50,837 nucleotides of DNA, taken from the sequence record SRR2962707_2752; one strand, 5' to 3'. The notes under the pieces are model-generated. The model was not told where the DNA came from and ran no database searches. It saw nothing but the letters and a program-made list of their open reading frames with translations. The translations under genes were made by a program, and so were the position numbers. Shown in pieces: positions 17,121-26,783 of this stretch; within the stretch, counting starts at the first letter, position 1; every line of letters starts with the position of its first letter.

Positions 17121-17206
17121 GCTGATATCCTGAAGGAGAGAATACCCAGGCGACGGCCGGGCGCAATCTTTTATCACGCTTGCGGAAATAGTGATATAGG
17201 GAATAG

Positions 17207-17545
17207 ATGATGCAAAACGTCTGCTCGGACGACGAGCTCTCAACACTGTTGCAGTCCAACTCTGCGGTATTGCTGCTCTATGGCGGGACAAGTTGTGGCG
17301 TCTGCCAGGCTATCAAGCCGCAACTGGAGCGCCTTTCCAGTGAACAGTTCCCGAAGCTGGTAACTGCCTACATTGATTGCCAGGCATCAGCCGGTGCGCC
17401 GTGTGCGGCTCAGGGTATTTTCTCGCTGCCGGTGGTGCAGTTATGGTTTGAGGGGCAGCGATTTGCGGAATTCGCCCGGGTGTTTTCAATCGGCGAGGTG
17501 CGGGCAGCCCTGGAACGGCCGTATCGGGTAATATTCCAGGGCTGA
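17207..17545 (+). CDS. Thioredoxin-family protein
   Basis: SCGVCQAIKP CxxC; IFSLPVV. Confidence 0.85.
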   Translation: MMQNVCSDDELSTLLQSNSAVLLLYGGTSCGVCQAIKPQLERLSSEQFPKLVTAYIDCQASAGAPCAAQGIFSLPVVQLWFEGQRFAEFARVFSIGEVRAALERPYRVIFQG

Positions 17546-17660
17546 CCTTGTGTTACGGTGATTTGGCAGGCTTTCTCACGTGACTCCTCAAGATATCGTG
17601 CATTGGCCTTTTGCTGAGCGAGAGGTCGGGTCAGTCTTGAGGCAGGAATAACGAAAGCAT

Positions 17661-17876
17661 TTAACCATCGTCGCCTGCCTGGTACACCAGAATGTCACCG
17701 GGCTGGCAATCCAGCGCTTCGCAAATCCTGTCCAGGGTCGAGAAGCGCACGGCTTTGGCTTTCCCGTTCTTGAGGATCGAGAGGTTCTGCTCGGTCACCC
17801 CTACCTTCTCGGCGAGTTCTTTCAGGCGCATCTTCCGCTTTGCCATCATCACGTCCAATTCAATGATTATGCTCAT
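17661..17876 (-). CDS. XRE/Cro-C1 HTH regulator (YozG-like)
   Basis: NLSILKNGKAKAVRFSTL..IC..LDCQPGDIL. Confidence 0.92.
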   Translation of the reverse strand: MSIIIELDVMMAKRKMRLKELAEKVGVTEQNLSILKNGKAKAVRFSTLDRICEALDCQPGDILVYQAGDDG

Positions 17877-17880
17877 GTTG

Positions 17881-18429
17881 TCAGACCGTGTGCATGTGCT
17901 CGTCGGCGATTTTCTGTGCTTCCTTCATGACCCAGGAAATGATCAGCACCACGAAACCGCACAGAATGGAAAGCAGGTCGATCCCGGTGAAGGTCAGGCT
18001 GAGCACGCGCTCGCCGGGTGGGTTGTTGAACGACAGGATGACAGAGATCAGTCCGCTGTACAGGAAGGCCCCGGCGGCCCAGTAGAAGAAGACGTAGCCC
18101 AGCTTCTGATAGTGGGTGGCTGTTGCCAGAGTGAAAATTTCCTGGTTTTCGTAGTGCCTGAACAGGTGAATCAGTTGTTGCAGGGCATACATCAGAATCC
18201 CGCAGGGCAGCATGCTTGCCAGAAAAGCCAAAAACCGGGTTGTCATCGTGAGGGGCTCGCTAGCGAAGATCATCGGGTCGAGGTCGGTTTCGATGATGCC
18301 GGAGCGGAAGAGCGCGTCCATGCCGGTATTCACCGTTAGCCAGTAATAGAGAGTGAGCAGGGGGGCGAGAATGAAGAGTCCCTGCAGGACGCGCCGTACC
18401 CGGCGGCTGTACTTCTGGATGTTTTCCAT
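17881..18429 (-). CDS. DUF2975 membrane protein
   Basis: Four TM segments, C-terminal EHMHTV, canonical pairing with a YozG-like HTH; AGGAG SD. Confidence 0.85.
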   Translation of the reverse strand: MENIQKYSRRVRRVLQGLFILAPLLTLYYWLTVNTGMDALFRSGIIETDLDPMIFASEPLTMTTRFLAFLASMLPCGILMYALQQLIHLFRHYENQEIFTLATATHYQKLGYVFFYWAAGAFLYSGLISVILSFNNPPGERVLSLTFTGIDLLSILCGFVVLIISWVMKEAQKIADEHMHTV

Positions 18430-18624
18430 GGCGGTTCTCCTTAACGTGTGGTCGAGGAGAAATATAGATACTCTCACCCGTTCATGCAATAAAAAATGAT
18501 CGATAAACAATAAAAAAATAACGATGAATATTTAATTTGCTCGGTGGTTAGCCCTGGCAGCGCCCCCGGAGTACATTGCGTTGCTATTGGTAACGAATCT
18601 CCTCGGCGAGCGGTTTTTTCGAGC

Positions 18625-19227
18625 TCAGGCGCTGCGAACGAACACCAGCAACTCGTTATTTGCGGGCATGGCATGGTCGTCGCGAAGCTGCAGGCCGACC
18701 TCTTGCGCGAGCTCTGACAGCGCCTCGATATCCCGTATGCCCATGTGGGAGGCTTTCGCTTTGAGTGACTGGTCGAATGTCCGGTTGCTGTCGCTGGTGA
18801 ACTTGCCGTTATGCTTGAACGGCCCGTACAGGCAGAACGCACCGTCTTTTTGAAGGCAGGCGCCGACGCCTTGAAACATCGTTTCAACTTCCTCCCAGGC
18901 CATGATGTGAGCTGTGTTTGCTGAGAATGCCCATCGACAGGCGGACACAGGCCATGGCATTTGGTTTACGTCCAGCTCAAGGATTGGGAGGACGTTGGGT
19001 AAGGCGGCCTGTTGCAGTCGGGCAACGGCCAGGTGCGCCGCTCTGGGGTGGTCGGTGGGCTGCCATTGCAGGTAAGGCAGAGCCGCAGCGAAGTGCTCGG
19101 CGTGCTGGCCGGTGCCGGTTCCTATTTCCAGGACGGTGCCCGGTGCGTTGAAAATTTCGCGCAGCTTTTCCAGGATGGGCGCTTTGTTGTTTTCGCAGGC
19201 TTCGGAATAGGGCAGGTGGCTATTCAT
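18625..19227 (-). CDS. DUF938 SAM-dependent methyltransferase
   Basis: ACENNKAPIL, VLEIGTGTGQHA, LYGPF, MPANN. Confidence 0.9.
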   Translation of the reverse strand: MNSHLPYSEACENNKAPILEKLREIFNAPGTVLEIGTGTGQHAEHFAAALPYLQWQPTDHPRAAHLAVARLQQAALPNVLPILELDVNQMPWPVSACRWAFSANTAHIMAWEEVETMFQGVGACLQKDGAFCLYGPFKHNGKFTSDSNRTFDQSLKAKASHMGIRDIEALSELAQEVGLQLRDDHAMPANNELLVFVRSA

Positions 19228-19323
19228 GAATGCGTCTCTCCTTTCCCTTGAACGGTATCATAAAACGGTGTTTTGGCCATGAGGCAGCTATAATGGGCGC
19301 CTTTCATCATTGCAGAGAACGCT

Positions 19324-19806
19324 ATGCCAATCGAAAAGAATCAAGTGGTCCTGTTTCACTACATCGTGAGAGACGAACAGGGCAATGAAGTGGAAAACTC
19401 CCGAGGCGGAGAGCCAAATGCCTACCTGCACGGCCATGGTGGCATTATTCGGGGGCTGGAAGACGCTCTGGAAGGCCGCGAAGCAGGCGATACGTTCAGC
19501 GTGACGGTGTCACCGGACAAGGCCTATGGCACCCGCAAGCCGGATGCGATCCAGCGAGTACCCATCAAACATCTGATAGGCGCCAAGCGCTGGAAGCCGG
19601 GCATGATCGCTCAGGTACAGACCGAACACGGGCCACGCCATGTGCTCGTTGCCAAGGTTGGCCACAAGTTTGCGGATGTGGATACCAACCACCCGATGGC
19701 TGGCAAGACCCTCACTTTTGATATCGAGATCATTGAGGTGCGCGCGGCGGAGGCCGACGAGATCGCCCATGGCCACGTTCACGGCCCGGGCGGTCATCAT
19801 CATTAA
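19324..19806 (+). CDS. slyD: FKBP-type peptidyl-prolyl isomerase, SlyD
   Basis: YLHGHG, DTNHPMAGKTLTF, EIAHGHVHGPGGHHH. Confidence 0.9.
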   Translation: MPIEKNQVVLFHYIVRDEQGNEVENSRGGEPNAYLHGHGGIIRGLEDALEGREAGDTFSVTVSPDKAYGTRKPDAIQRVPIKHLIGAKRWKPGMIAQVQTEHGPRHVLVAKVGHKFADVDTNHPMAGKTLTFDIEIIEVRAAEADEIAHGHVHGPGGHHH

Positions 19807-19842
19807 ACAGAAGCAACTGATCACCGCCAGTCGGGCCGGGGG

Positions 19843-20121
19843 TTACTCGGCCTCGACGGTTTCGTTCAGCAGTTCCGGCTTTTTCAGTGCCTTGGTGAAC
19901 AAGTCTTTTTCTTCCGCAATGGCCAGGGCGCACTGTTCTGCCAGCTCTTCAGACAGGCCGCCGACCTTACGTTGCAGGAAGGTGGTAATCTCTTCGGACA
20001 GTTCAAGAACCTTGTCTCGGGCATCGGCTTCTGCTTTGGACGAAAACAACATTTTGTCCGGGTTCTTCAGTGCCATGTCCAGTCCGTCCCTCTCGGAATA
20101 GTAGAGTGCTTTTACGCCCAT
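19843..20121 (-). CDS. YebG family DNA-damage-inducible protein
   Basis: FSSKAEADARDKVLELSE motif; LexA-like box upstream. Confidence 0.8.
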   Translation of the reverse strand: MGVKALYYSERDGLDMALKNPDKMLFSSKAEADARDKVLELSEEITTFLQRKVGGLSEELAEQCALAIAEEKDLFTKALKKPELLNETVEAE

Positions 20122-20189
20122 GGTATGCCATCGCCTCCGGGGTAATGATGGTTGGTAAGACCGTTAATGAAATCGCAGCTTACCACGAA

Positions 20190-20209
20190 TAGTGTATATT
20201 TATACAGTA
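20190..20209 (-). promoter_or_regulatory. LexA (SOS) box
   Basis: Minus strand TACTGTATAAATATACACTA; one mismatch to CTG-N10-CAG; upstream of the YebG-like gene. Confidence 0.7.
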
Positions 20210-20302
20210 TTATGCTGTGTCATCCTGTCCTCTTTTGCTGTTCCAGCGCCGGACCTGGCCCCCGTATGATGGATTGTCAGACATCAGCTCCGGAGTCCTG
20301 AA

Positions 20303-21178
20303 ATGAACGCCAGAACAACCATAGCCGGTACTCAACCCACGCCGCCTCCCAAGACCAAGGCGCCCCTTCCCGAAGTCCGTCAGCCGGATTTTGATCTGGC
20401 TGAAGACGTGCCCAAGTACTGGTGGGATAGTGATCCTGCCAAAACGCTGTTGCTGGCGGCCCTGTCGGCGAGCTTTCCGCCCGGTGAGCGGTTTTTTATC
20501 GACTCCGTGCGCCATTACCAGAAAGAGATTACAGACCCGGAACTGAAGGCGGCGGTGCGAGCGTTCATCGGCCAGGAGGCGCACCACTCAAAAGAGCACG
20601 AGGCCCTGAACGGATACATGCAGGCGCGCGGCATCAACCTCAAACGCCTTGAGCGCGAGGTGCTGTGGCTGATGAATGTGCTGCGTAAGCGCCTGAGCCC
20701 GGAGCGCCAATTGGCCCATACGGTGGCGGTGGAGCATTTCACGGCACTGATGGCAGAGGAATTCCTCCTGAAATATGACGCTCTGGAAGAGATGGACCCG
20801 CGTATGGCCTCCATCTGGGCCTGGCACGCGATTGAGGAATCCGAGCATAAAGCCGTGGCGTTCGACGTGTATAAGACCATCGGAGGCAGCGAGTTTGTCC
20901 GACTGTCGGAGATGATGGTGGTGAGCGTGCTGTTTCCAGTCTCCAGCGGTATTCATCTGATTCAACTGATGAAAGAGGACGGCCAGTTGTTCAATCTGAA
21001 ATCCTGGGCGAACGGTCTCAATTACATGTGGGGCAAGCCAGGTGTATTCCGCAAACTCCTGCCCTCTTACTTCAAGTACTACAGCCCCGGCTTTCATCCA
21101 TGGAATCACGATGCCCGTGATCTGGTGGAGAAAGCCAAACGGAAGTGGCTCGCTCCGGTGATGAAAAAGGCCGCGTGA
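20303..21178 (+). CDS. Predicted metal-dependent hydrolase (PF10118-like)
   Basis: FPPGERFFIDSVR, FIGQEAHHSKEH, EHFTA, WHAIEESEHKAVAFDVY. Confidence 0.9.
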   Translation: MNARTTIAGTQPTPPPKTKAPLPEVRQPDFDLAEDVPKYWWDSDPAKTLLLAALSASFPPGERFFIDSVRHYQKEITDPELKAAVRAFIGQEAHHSKEHEALNGYMQARGINLKRLEREVLWLMNVLRKRLSPERQLAHTVAVEHFTALMAEEFLLKYDALEEMDPRMASIWAWHAIEESEHKAVAFDVYKTIGGSEFVRLSEMMVVSVLFPVSSGIHLIQLMKEDGQLFNLKSWANGLNYMWGKPGVFRKLLPSYFKYYSPGFHPWNHDARDLVEKAKRKWLAPVMKKAA

Positions 21179-21240
21179 CGCCTAACACATTTGCTACCAT
21201 GTCGGACTTTTCACTGGGTTGAGGATCTAAGTCCGGCAAG

Positions 21241-22998
21241 ATGAATGCGCCTTTCACGCTGCGGCCTTACCAACAGGAAGCGGTCGACGCCACGCTGAAC
21301 CACTTCCGTAAATCGGATGAATCTGCGGTCATTGTGCTGCCGACCGGTGCCGGTAAGAGCCTGGTGATTGCCGAGCTGGCTCGCCTTGCGCGCCGAAAGA
21401 TTCTGGTCCTGACCCATGTGAAGGAACTGGTGGAGCAGAATCACGCCAAGTATCAGAGTTATGGTCTGTCGGGGGGAATCTTTGCGGCCGGGCTGAAACG
21501 CAAGGAGAACCACCATCAGGTGACCTTTGCCAGCGTGCAGTCGGTGGCGGCGAATCTGGACCAGTTCCGGGATGAATACTCGCTGGTTATTATCGATGAG
21601 TGCCACCGGGTGAGTGGCGAGGAAACCAGCCAGTACCAGCGGATCATCGAGCTTTTACGGCAGCAGAATGACTCCCTGAAGGTGCTTGGGCTCACCGCCA
21701 CTCCCTACCGCCTGGCCATGGGATGGATCTATCGTTACCACTACCGGGGTTTTGTTCGTGGTTCTGATGACGAACAGGACAAGCCTTTCCGGCACTGCAT
21801 CTACGAATTGCCCCTGAGTTACATGATCAACCGTGGTTACCTCACCCGGCCTGAATTGGTTAACGCGGCTGTGGCCCAATACGATTTCTCCGCACTCACG
21901 CAGGACCGCTTTGGCGAATACGCCGAGAAAGACGTCAACCAGTTGTTGAGCAAACATCAGCGGGTGACACGTGCCATCATCGAACAGGTGATGGAGATGG
22001 CGGCCGAGCGCCAGGGGGTGATGATTTTCGCGGCGACAGTGCAGCACGCGCAGGAAATTGCCGGGTATTTGCCTGAGCAGGAAACCGCCCTGGTGACCGG
22101 CGCGACTGATCTGCAAGATCGCGACCAGCTGATCCAGCGCTTCAAGCAACGGCAGTTGAAGTACCTGGTGAATGTGTCTGTGCTGACGACCGGGTTTGAT
22201 GCCCCCCATGTGGATCTGATCGCCATCTTGCGGCCTACTCAGTCGGTAAGCCTGTATCAGCAGATTGTCGGCCGAGGCCTGCGGTTGGATGAGGGGAAAC
22301 AGGATTGCCTGGTGATTGATTACGCCGGCAATCATGTCAACCTGCACCACCCGGAAGTTGGGGAGCCGAAGCCCAACCCTGACAGTGAACCGGTGCAGGT
22401 GTTCTGCCCGGGCTGCGGTTTTGCCAACATCTTCTGGGGCAAAACCGACAGCGACGGTCGTGTCGTTGAGCATTATGGCCGTCGGTGCCAGGGCCTGCTG
22501 GAATCGATAGAAGATGACGCTGGGCGGCCACAGCAGTGCGACTACCGGTTCCGGTTCAAGGAATGCCCACATTGTGGTGGCGAGAACGACATCGCTGCCC
22601 GCAACTGCGGCCACTGTCACCAGGCGATTATCGATCCGGATGATCAGCTGCGGGATGCCCTGAAGCTCAAGGATGCCATGGTCATCCGCTGTGCCGGCAT
22701 TTCTCTGGCGGGAGAAGGCCAGAAACTTCGGATGACCTACCACGGAGAAGACGGGGAGGAACTCCGGGAGTCTTTCGATTTCAGCAAGCCAGGCCAGCGC
22801 GCCGTGTTCAACAAGCTGTTTGGCCGACGGTTTGCCAATGGCCAGGCTCCGAAAGTCTTTGCCCGGGCAAATGAGGTGCTGGAGATGCAGGTGCTGTTAC
22901 CCGTGCCGGATTTCGTGATTGCTCGCAAGCAGAAGCAATACTGGCAAGTGCAGGAGCGAATCTTCGATTATCGGGGGCAGTATCGTAAGGCCTATTGA
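21241..22998 (+). CDS. radD: SF2 helicase RadD/YejH
   Basis: [24 protein letters not shown], Zn-finger CPGC..C..C and CPHC..CGHC. Confidence 0.9.
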   Translation: MNAPFTLRPYQQEAVDATLNHFRKSDESAVIVLPTGAGKSLVIAELARLARRKILVLTHVKELVEQNHAKYQSYGLSGGIFAAGLKRKENHHQVTFASVQSVAANLDQFRDEYSLVIIDECHRVSGEETSQYQRIIELLRQQNDSLKVLGLTATPYRLAMGWIYRYHYRGFVRGSDDEQDKPFRHCIYELPLSYMINRGYLTRPELVNAAVAQYDFSALTQDRFGEYAEKDVNQLLSKHQRVTRAIIEQVMEMAAERQGVMIFAATVQHAQEIAGYLPEQETALVTGATDLQDRDQLIQRFKQRQLKYLVNVSVLTTGFDAPHVDLIAILRPTQSVSLYQQIVGRGLRLDEGKQDCLVIDYAGNHVNLHHPEVGEPKPNPDSEPVQVFCPGCGFANIFWGKTDSDGRVVEHYGRRCQGLLESIEDDAGRPQQCDYRFRFKECPHCGGENDIAARNCGHCHQAIIDPDDQLRDALKLKDAMVIRCAGISLAGEGQKLRMTYHGEDGEELRESFDFSKPGQRAVFNKLFGRRFANGQAPKVFARANEVLEMQVLLPVPDFVIARKQKQYWQVQERIFDYRGQYRKAY

Positions 22999-23103
22999 CG
23001 AGCTTTGGCTGTGTTCGTGAGATTTTCGCACCACGATTGTGCGAGATCTGGGGTAGAATGCTTGCTCACTAAATGGAAATCAGTTTCAGTAAGGAGTGCT
23101 GTT

Positions 23104-23994
23104 TTGTCGAAGATCTATCCTTGGGTGCGTGGTTGTTTAGCGGTGGGGTCGCTCTTGGCCGTTGTGGGTTGCGGTGGTTCGGGGTCGTCGAGTGACGCGC
23201 CTGTCAGTTCTCCCGAGCCGGTTTCCGGAACGCTTTCCCTGGACAATGCTGAGGCCATCAGTCGCCGAGCTGCGCAGGCTGCCCTTGAAACGCTCGCATT
23301 GAATCGCTTTGCGATCACCTATCAGGGGCTTCTGCCGGGGAGCTCGATTCAACTGGGCATCTGCGAACAAGGAAAGGTGAACCTTGAGAATGAGGTGGAA
23401 TCGCCGGTCACCGATCTTCAGGGCAACACTCTCATGGGGTCGCGCTACCGTTTCGAGAACTGCAAGAAGCCTGATGGCTCCCTGTATCAAGGTGATTTGG
23501 GCGTTTACTGGAATCAGGCCTCGACGGCGTATGTGGTCGAGGTGGATGACTTCTCAATTGCTGTTTCCGATGAGGCTGAGCCCCATGCCTACAGTGGAAT
23601 TTATGTGCTCTCCCGGGTTGGCGATTCGGGCTACGAAAGTGAGTTCGTAAACTCGGAGCGAGGGCCTGGCTCGGAACAGCCCGTCTTCGAGCTTGATGCG
23701 GCTCTTTCATACGAGGATGCAGGCCTGAGAACCTTGCAGTGGCAAGGGTACCTTTCGGCCTCCGATCAGGGCCGTTTTGAACTGTCTCAGGAACAGGGCG
23801 GAGAGTTGCGGAGCATCATTTCAGACGGCAACAGTCGTCTCTACATCGACTTCATTGGTTTGGAAGGTCGCTTCCTCAAAGCGGAAATCGATCTCGGGGC
23901 GGACGGAGCATTGGATGCCACCTGGTCTATCGATCTGTATGAGCTGGATTTACAGGGAGCCCTCCTCCTGCTGAGGGAGGACGTTAAGGGATGA
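23104..23994 (+). CDS. Hypothetical lipoprotein
   Basis: AAGGAG SD plus TTG start; lipobox VVGC then Ser/Gly linker; acidic, beta-rich body. Confidence 0.65.
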   Translation: MSKIYPWVRGCLAVGSLLAVVGCGGSGSSSDAPVSSPEPVSGTLSLDNAEAISRRAAQAALETLALNRFAITYQGLLPGSSIQLGICEQGKVNLENEVESPVTDLQGNTLMGSRYRFENCKKPDGSLYQGDLGVYWNQASTAYVVEVDDFSIAVSDEAEPHAYSGIYVLSRVGDSGYESEFVNSERGPGSEQPVFELDAALSYEDAGLRTLQWQGYLSASDQGRFELSQEQGGELRSIISDGNSRLYIDFIGLEGRFLKAEIDLGADGALDATWSIDLYELDLQGALLLLREDVKG

Positions 23995-24419
23995 GGGTAT
24001 TTACATCCTTGGTGATTGCCGGAGTACTTGCGCTGTCGGGTTGCACCAACGTGATCGGGGACGTGCCCCGTTCCATTCATCTATCCTCGTCTGCCGGGCA
24101 GGAAGCAGGGGAGCTGTTGTCGGTTGCCCGCGATTTCTTCAGCGGCTCGGGGTATCAGTGCCATACCGATCAGCCTGCAGACAGCCTGCGTTGCAGCCGA
24201 CCACTCCGGGACCTGTACATTCATCAAACCACGGCAGTGGTCCGCATTTATTCAGACGATCACGCCACCCCTGAGGTGACACTGGTGACAACGCGCTGGG
24301 ATGAGGGGCTGATTCCCAGCGAGTTTATCTCGGACGAATTCCACAACCCGGATGTCGAGGCGTTTTGTGAGTACGTGAAGGCGCAGGCTTTGGGAGTGTG
24401 TCAAACCGTCTCGAGCTAG
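23991..24419 (+). CDS. Hypothetical lipoprotein
   Basis: Lipobox LSGC; ATGA overlap with the upstream gene. Confidence 0.7.
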   Translation: MRVFTSLVIAGVLALSGCTNVIGDVPRSIHLSSSAGQEAGELLSVARDFFSGSGYQCHTDQPADSLRCSRPLRDLYIHQTTAVVRIYSDDHATPEVTLVTTRWDEGLIPSEFISDEFHNPDVEAFCEYVKAQALGVCQTVSS

Positions 24420-24535
24420 GGCCTGCCATTGTCAGGGGGGCAGAACCGAAAACCAATGGCGGCAACAATCGGATGGAAACCATTGTCGAAGTCGGTTTTA
24501 CTCATCGCGACGACCATGATTAAAAGGGTGATGAG

Positions 24536-25444
24536 ATGTCCCGCTCCCCGGAACAGGATAGCGATTGGATGACAGGCGTCGGCGACTCTGCGGCAGGGGA
24601 GAGTGCAGGGGTGGCCAGGCTGGTCAGGGTGGCACAGCACATTGAGATGCACGCCGATGAAGCACTCACGCTCTCGAGCCTGGCGAAGGTGGCCGCTCTG
24701 TCACCGTCCCGTTTACAGAAACAGTTCAAGGCGGCGTTTGGTGTCTCTCCAAAAGCCTATCAGGATGCCGTCCGCATGCGGCGCTTCAAGCAATCCCTGA
24801 AAGACGGGAGTAAAGTGACGGACGCGATATTCGCCTCCGGGTTTGGTTCGGTAAGTCGTGTCTACGGTGAAGCGAACCGTAGCATCGGTATGCCGCCCAG
24901 GACCTATCGGGCCGGTGGTGCGGGTGAAGTCATCGTCTATGCCGGCCGGACCACCGCACTGGGGCTGATGATGATGGCGGCCACGGATAGGGGTGTTTGC
25001 TTTGTGGAATTCGGTGACGATGAAGCGTCGCTGGTGGGCCGACTGAGGTCGGAATTTCCTAAGGCTGAGCTGACCGCCTCACCAGCCCGGAACGCCCCGG
25101 AACTTGATGCCTGGATGGAAGCCCTGGATCAGCATATCAGTGCGGGAGCCCCACGGCCGGATTTGCCGTTGGATATGCGAGGCACCGCGTTTCAGGTAAA
25201 AGTCTGGCAGTTTCTGTTGAGTATCCGCGAGGGCGATGTCCTGAGCTACAGCGAGGTGGCCGCGAGGATCGACAAGCCCAGGGCGGTGCGGGCCGTGGCG
25301 TCGGCTTGTGGCAAGAACCGGATTGGCGTGCTGATTCCCTGCCATCGGGTACTGCGAGGTGATGGCGGCCTTGGCGGTTATCGCTGGGGTCTGGAGCGAA
25401 AGCGGGCGTTGTTGGATGCCGAGCGCATGCGTCGGAGCGATTAA
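24536..25444 (+). CDS. Ada-like AraC-HTH / O6-methylguanine-DNA methyltransferase lacking the N-terminal Zn domain
   Basis: AraC HTH region, GTAFQVKVW, PCHRV active site. Confidence 0.88.
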   Translation: MSRSPEQDSDWMTGVGDSAAGESAGVARLVRVAQHIEMHADEALTLSSLAKVAALSPSRLQKQFKAAFGVSPKAYQDAVRMRRFKQSLKDGSKVTDAIFASGFGSVSRVYGEANRSIGMPPRTYRAGGAGEVIVYAGRTTALGLMMMAATDRGVCFVEFGDDEASLVGRLRSEFPKAELTASPARNAPELDAWMEALDQHISAGAPRPDLPLDMRGTAFQVKVWQFLLSIREGDVLSYSEVAARIDKPRAVRAVASACGKNRIGVLIPCHRVLRGDGGLGGYRWGLERKRALLDAERMRRSD

Positions 25445-25517
25445 GTGGACGTTGGGGTAAACTGGTCGTCCTGATAGAACAGTGACATAGATAAATAACA
25501 ATAAAAGGTGAAAAACC

Positions 25518-26564
25518 GTGATGCTTCTGACGGGCTTCGGGCTTGGTTGCCTGCTGCCGCTTTTTGTAATTACCCTGAGGGACTTCCGACACTTGCTGGT
25601 AGGCCGGGTGTTTCTCCTGGTGACCCTCACCTCTGCCGCGTTTCTGATTGACCCGCTGATTCCCCGAGAGTGGCGCTGGATTACGTCTGATCTTCAAACC
25701 GCCTTACCAGGCCTGTTCTGGTTGCTGTGCCAGTTAATCTTTGCTCCGCGTCCGCGCCTGAGGTCCGTCTGGGGCGCTATGGCCCTATACAGTTTTATTG
25801 CCCCCGCGTTGGCCCGGCCCTTCGTGGTACCCGGGGAATCGCCCGCTGTGGCCGTGTTTTTCGGCTGGCGGTTAGGGCAGTTTTTTGAATACGTGGTGGT
25901 GCTGCATGGGCTCAGTTTTGTGGTGCGATACTGGCGAAATGATCTGGTTGAGACCCGTCGGAAGGCAAGACTCGCTTTTCTGTTGATCATTGGCAGCGCC
26001 GTTGGTGTGGCGACAGTGAGTCTTAACTTCGGGATCTACCACGAATACATTCGCGGGATTATTACAGGGCTTGCCGCGTTCGCCGCGTTGATCTGCCTGG
26101 TGACTGCCCGCAGTGGGATCATGGAGCTGGTGGACCATGATCAACCGGCGAAAACCCGGTTTGACGCTGAGGTTCAGAGGCCGCCTGTTGAGGCACGGGA
26201 CGGGCCTTCCGTGCAGCAGTCCCAGGATGCCGGGGCGCTTGGCCGGCTTATGGCCTCAGGCTTCTACCGAACCGAAAAACTGACCCTCAGGAAGCTGTCG
26301 GAAGCGACTGAAATACCGGAGTATCGACTTCGCAAGGTCATTAACCAGACACTCGGCTACCGTAATTTCAATGACTACATAAACCAGCTCAGGGTTGCCG
26401 ATGCCGCAGAGCGATTGCAGAGTGAACCGGAAACGCCGGTTCTCAATATATCACTGGATGTCGGCTACCGAACCCTGAGTTCCTTCAACAGAGCCTTTCG
26501 GGACATTATGAGCACCACGCCGACAGAGTTTCGCCAGCAGTTGGAGGGAACCGATAAATCCTGA
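25518..26564 (+). CDS. Membrane-anchored AraC-family transcriptional regulator
   Basis: Multiple TM helices then INQTLGYRNFNDYINQLRV and GYRTLSSFNRAFR. Confidence 0.88.
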   Translation: MMLLTGFGLGCLLPLFVITLRDFRHLLVGRVFLLVTLTSAAFLIDPLIPREWRWITSDLQTALPGLFWLLCQLIFAPRPRLRSVWGAMALYSFIAPALARPFVVPGESPAVAVFFGWRLGQFFEYVVVLHGLSFVVRYWRNDLVETRRKARLAFLLIIGSAVGVATVSLNFGIYHEYIRGIITGLAAFAALICLVTARSGIMELVDHDQPAKTRFDAEVQRPPVEARDGPSVQQSQDAGALGRLMASGFYRTEKLTLRKLSEATEIPEYRLRKVINQTLGYRNFNDYINQLRVADAAERLQSEPETPVLNISLDVGYRTLSSFNRAFRDIMSTTPTEFRQQLEGTDKS

Positions 26565-26783
26565 TTAAATCCTGCAATCTGTGTCATTTCAGGTTTTGCA
26601 CAGTCTCAGTTCTTTTTGCCTTCAGCCCCTGTCTCACAAGCCTTTGAAGAATTTGCACAGGCCTTGTGCTTTTCTGCATATCGGTTGTTCTCGCGTACCG
26701 GTTTGACCTTGCTTAATGTCAATTTGCACGCCGCCCCTCAGGGGAGCGCTTCAATAAAAACAACACGGTCAGCCGAGGATACG

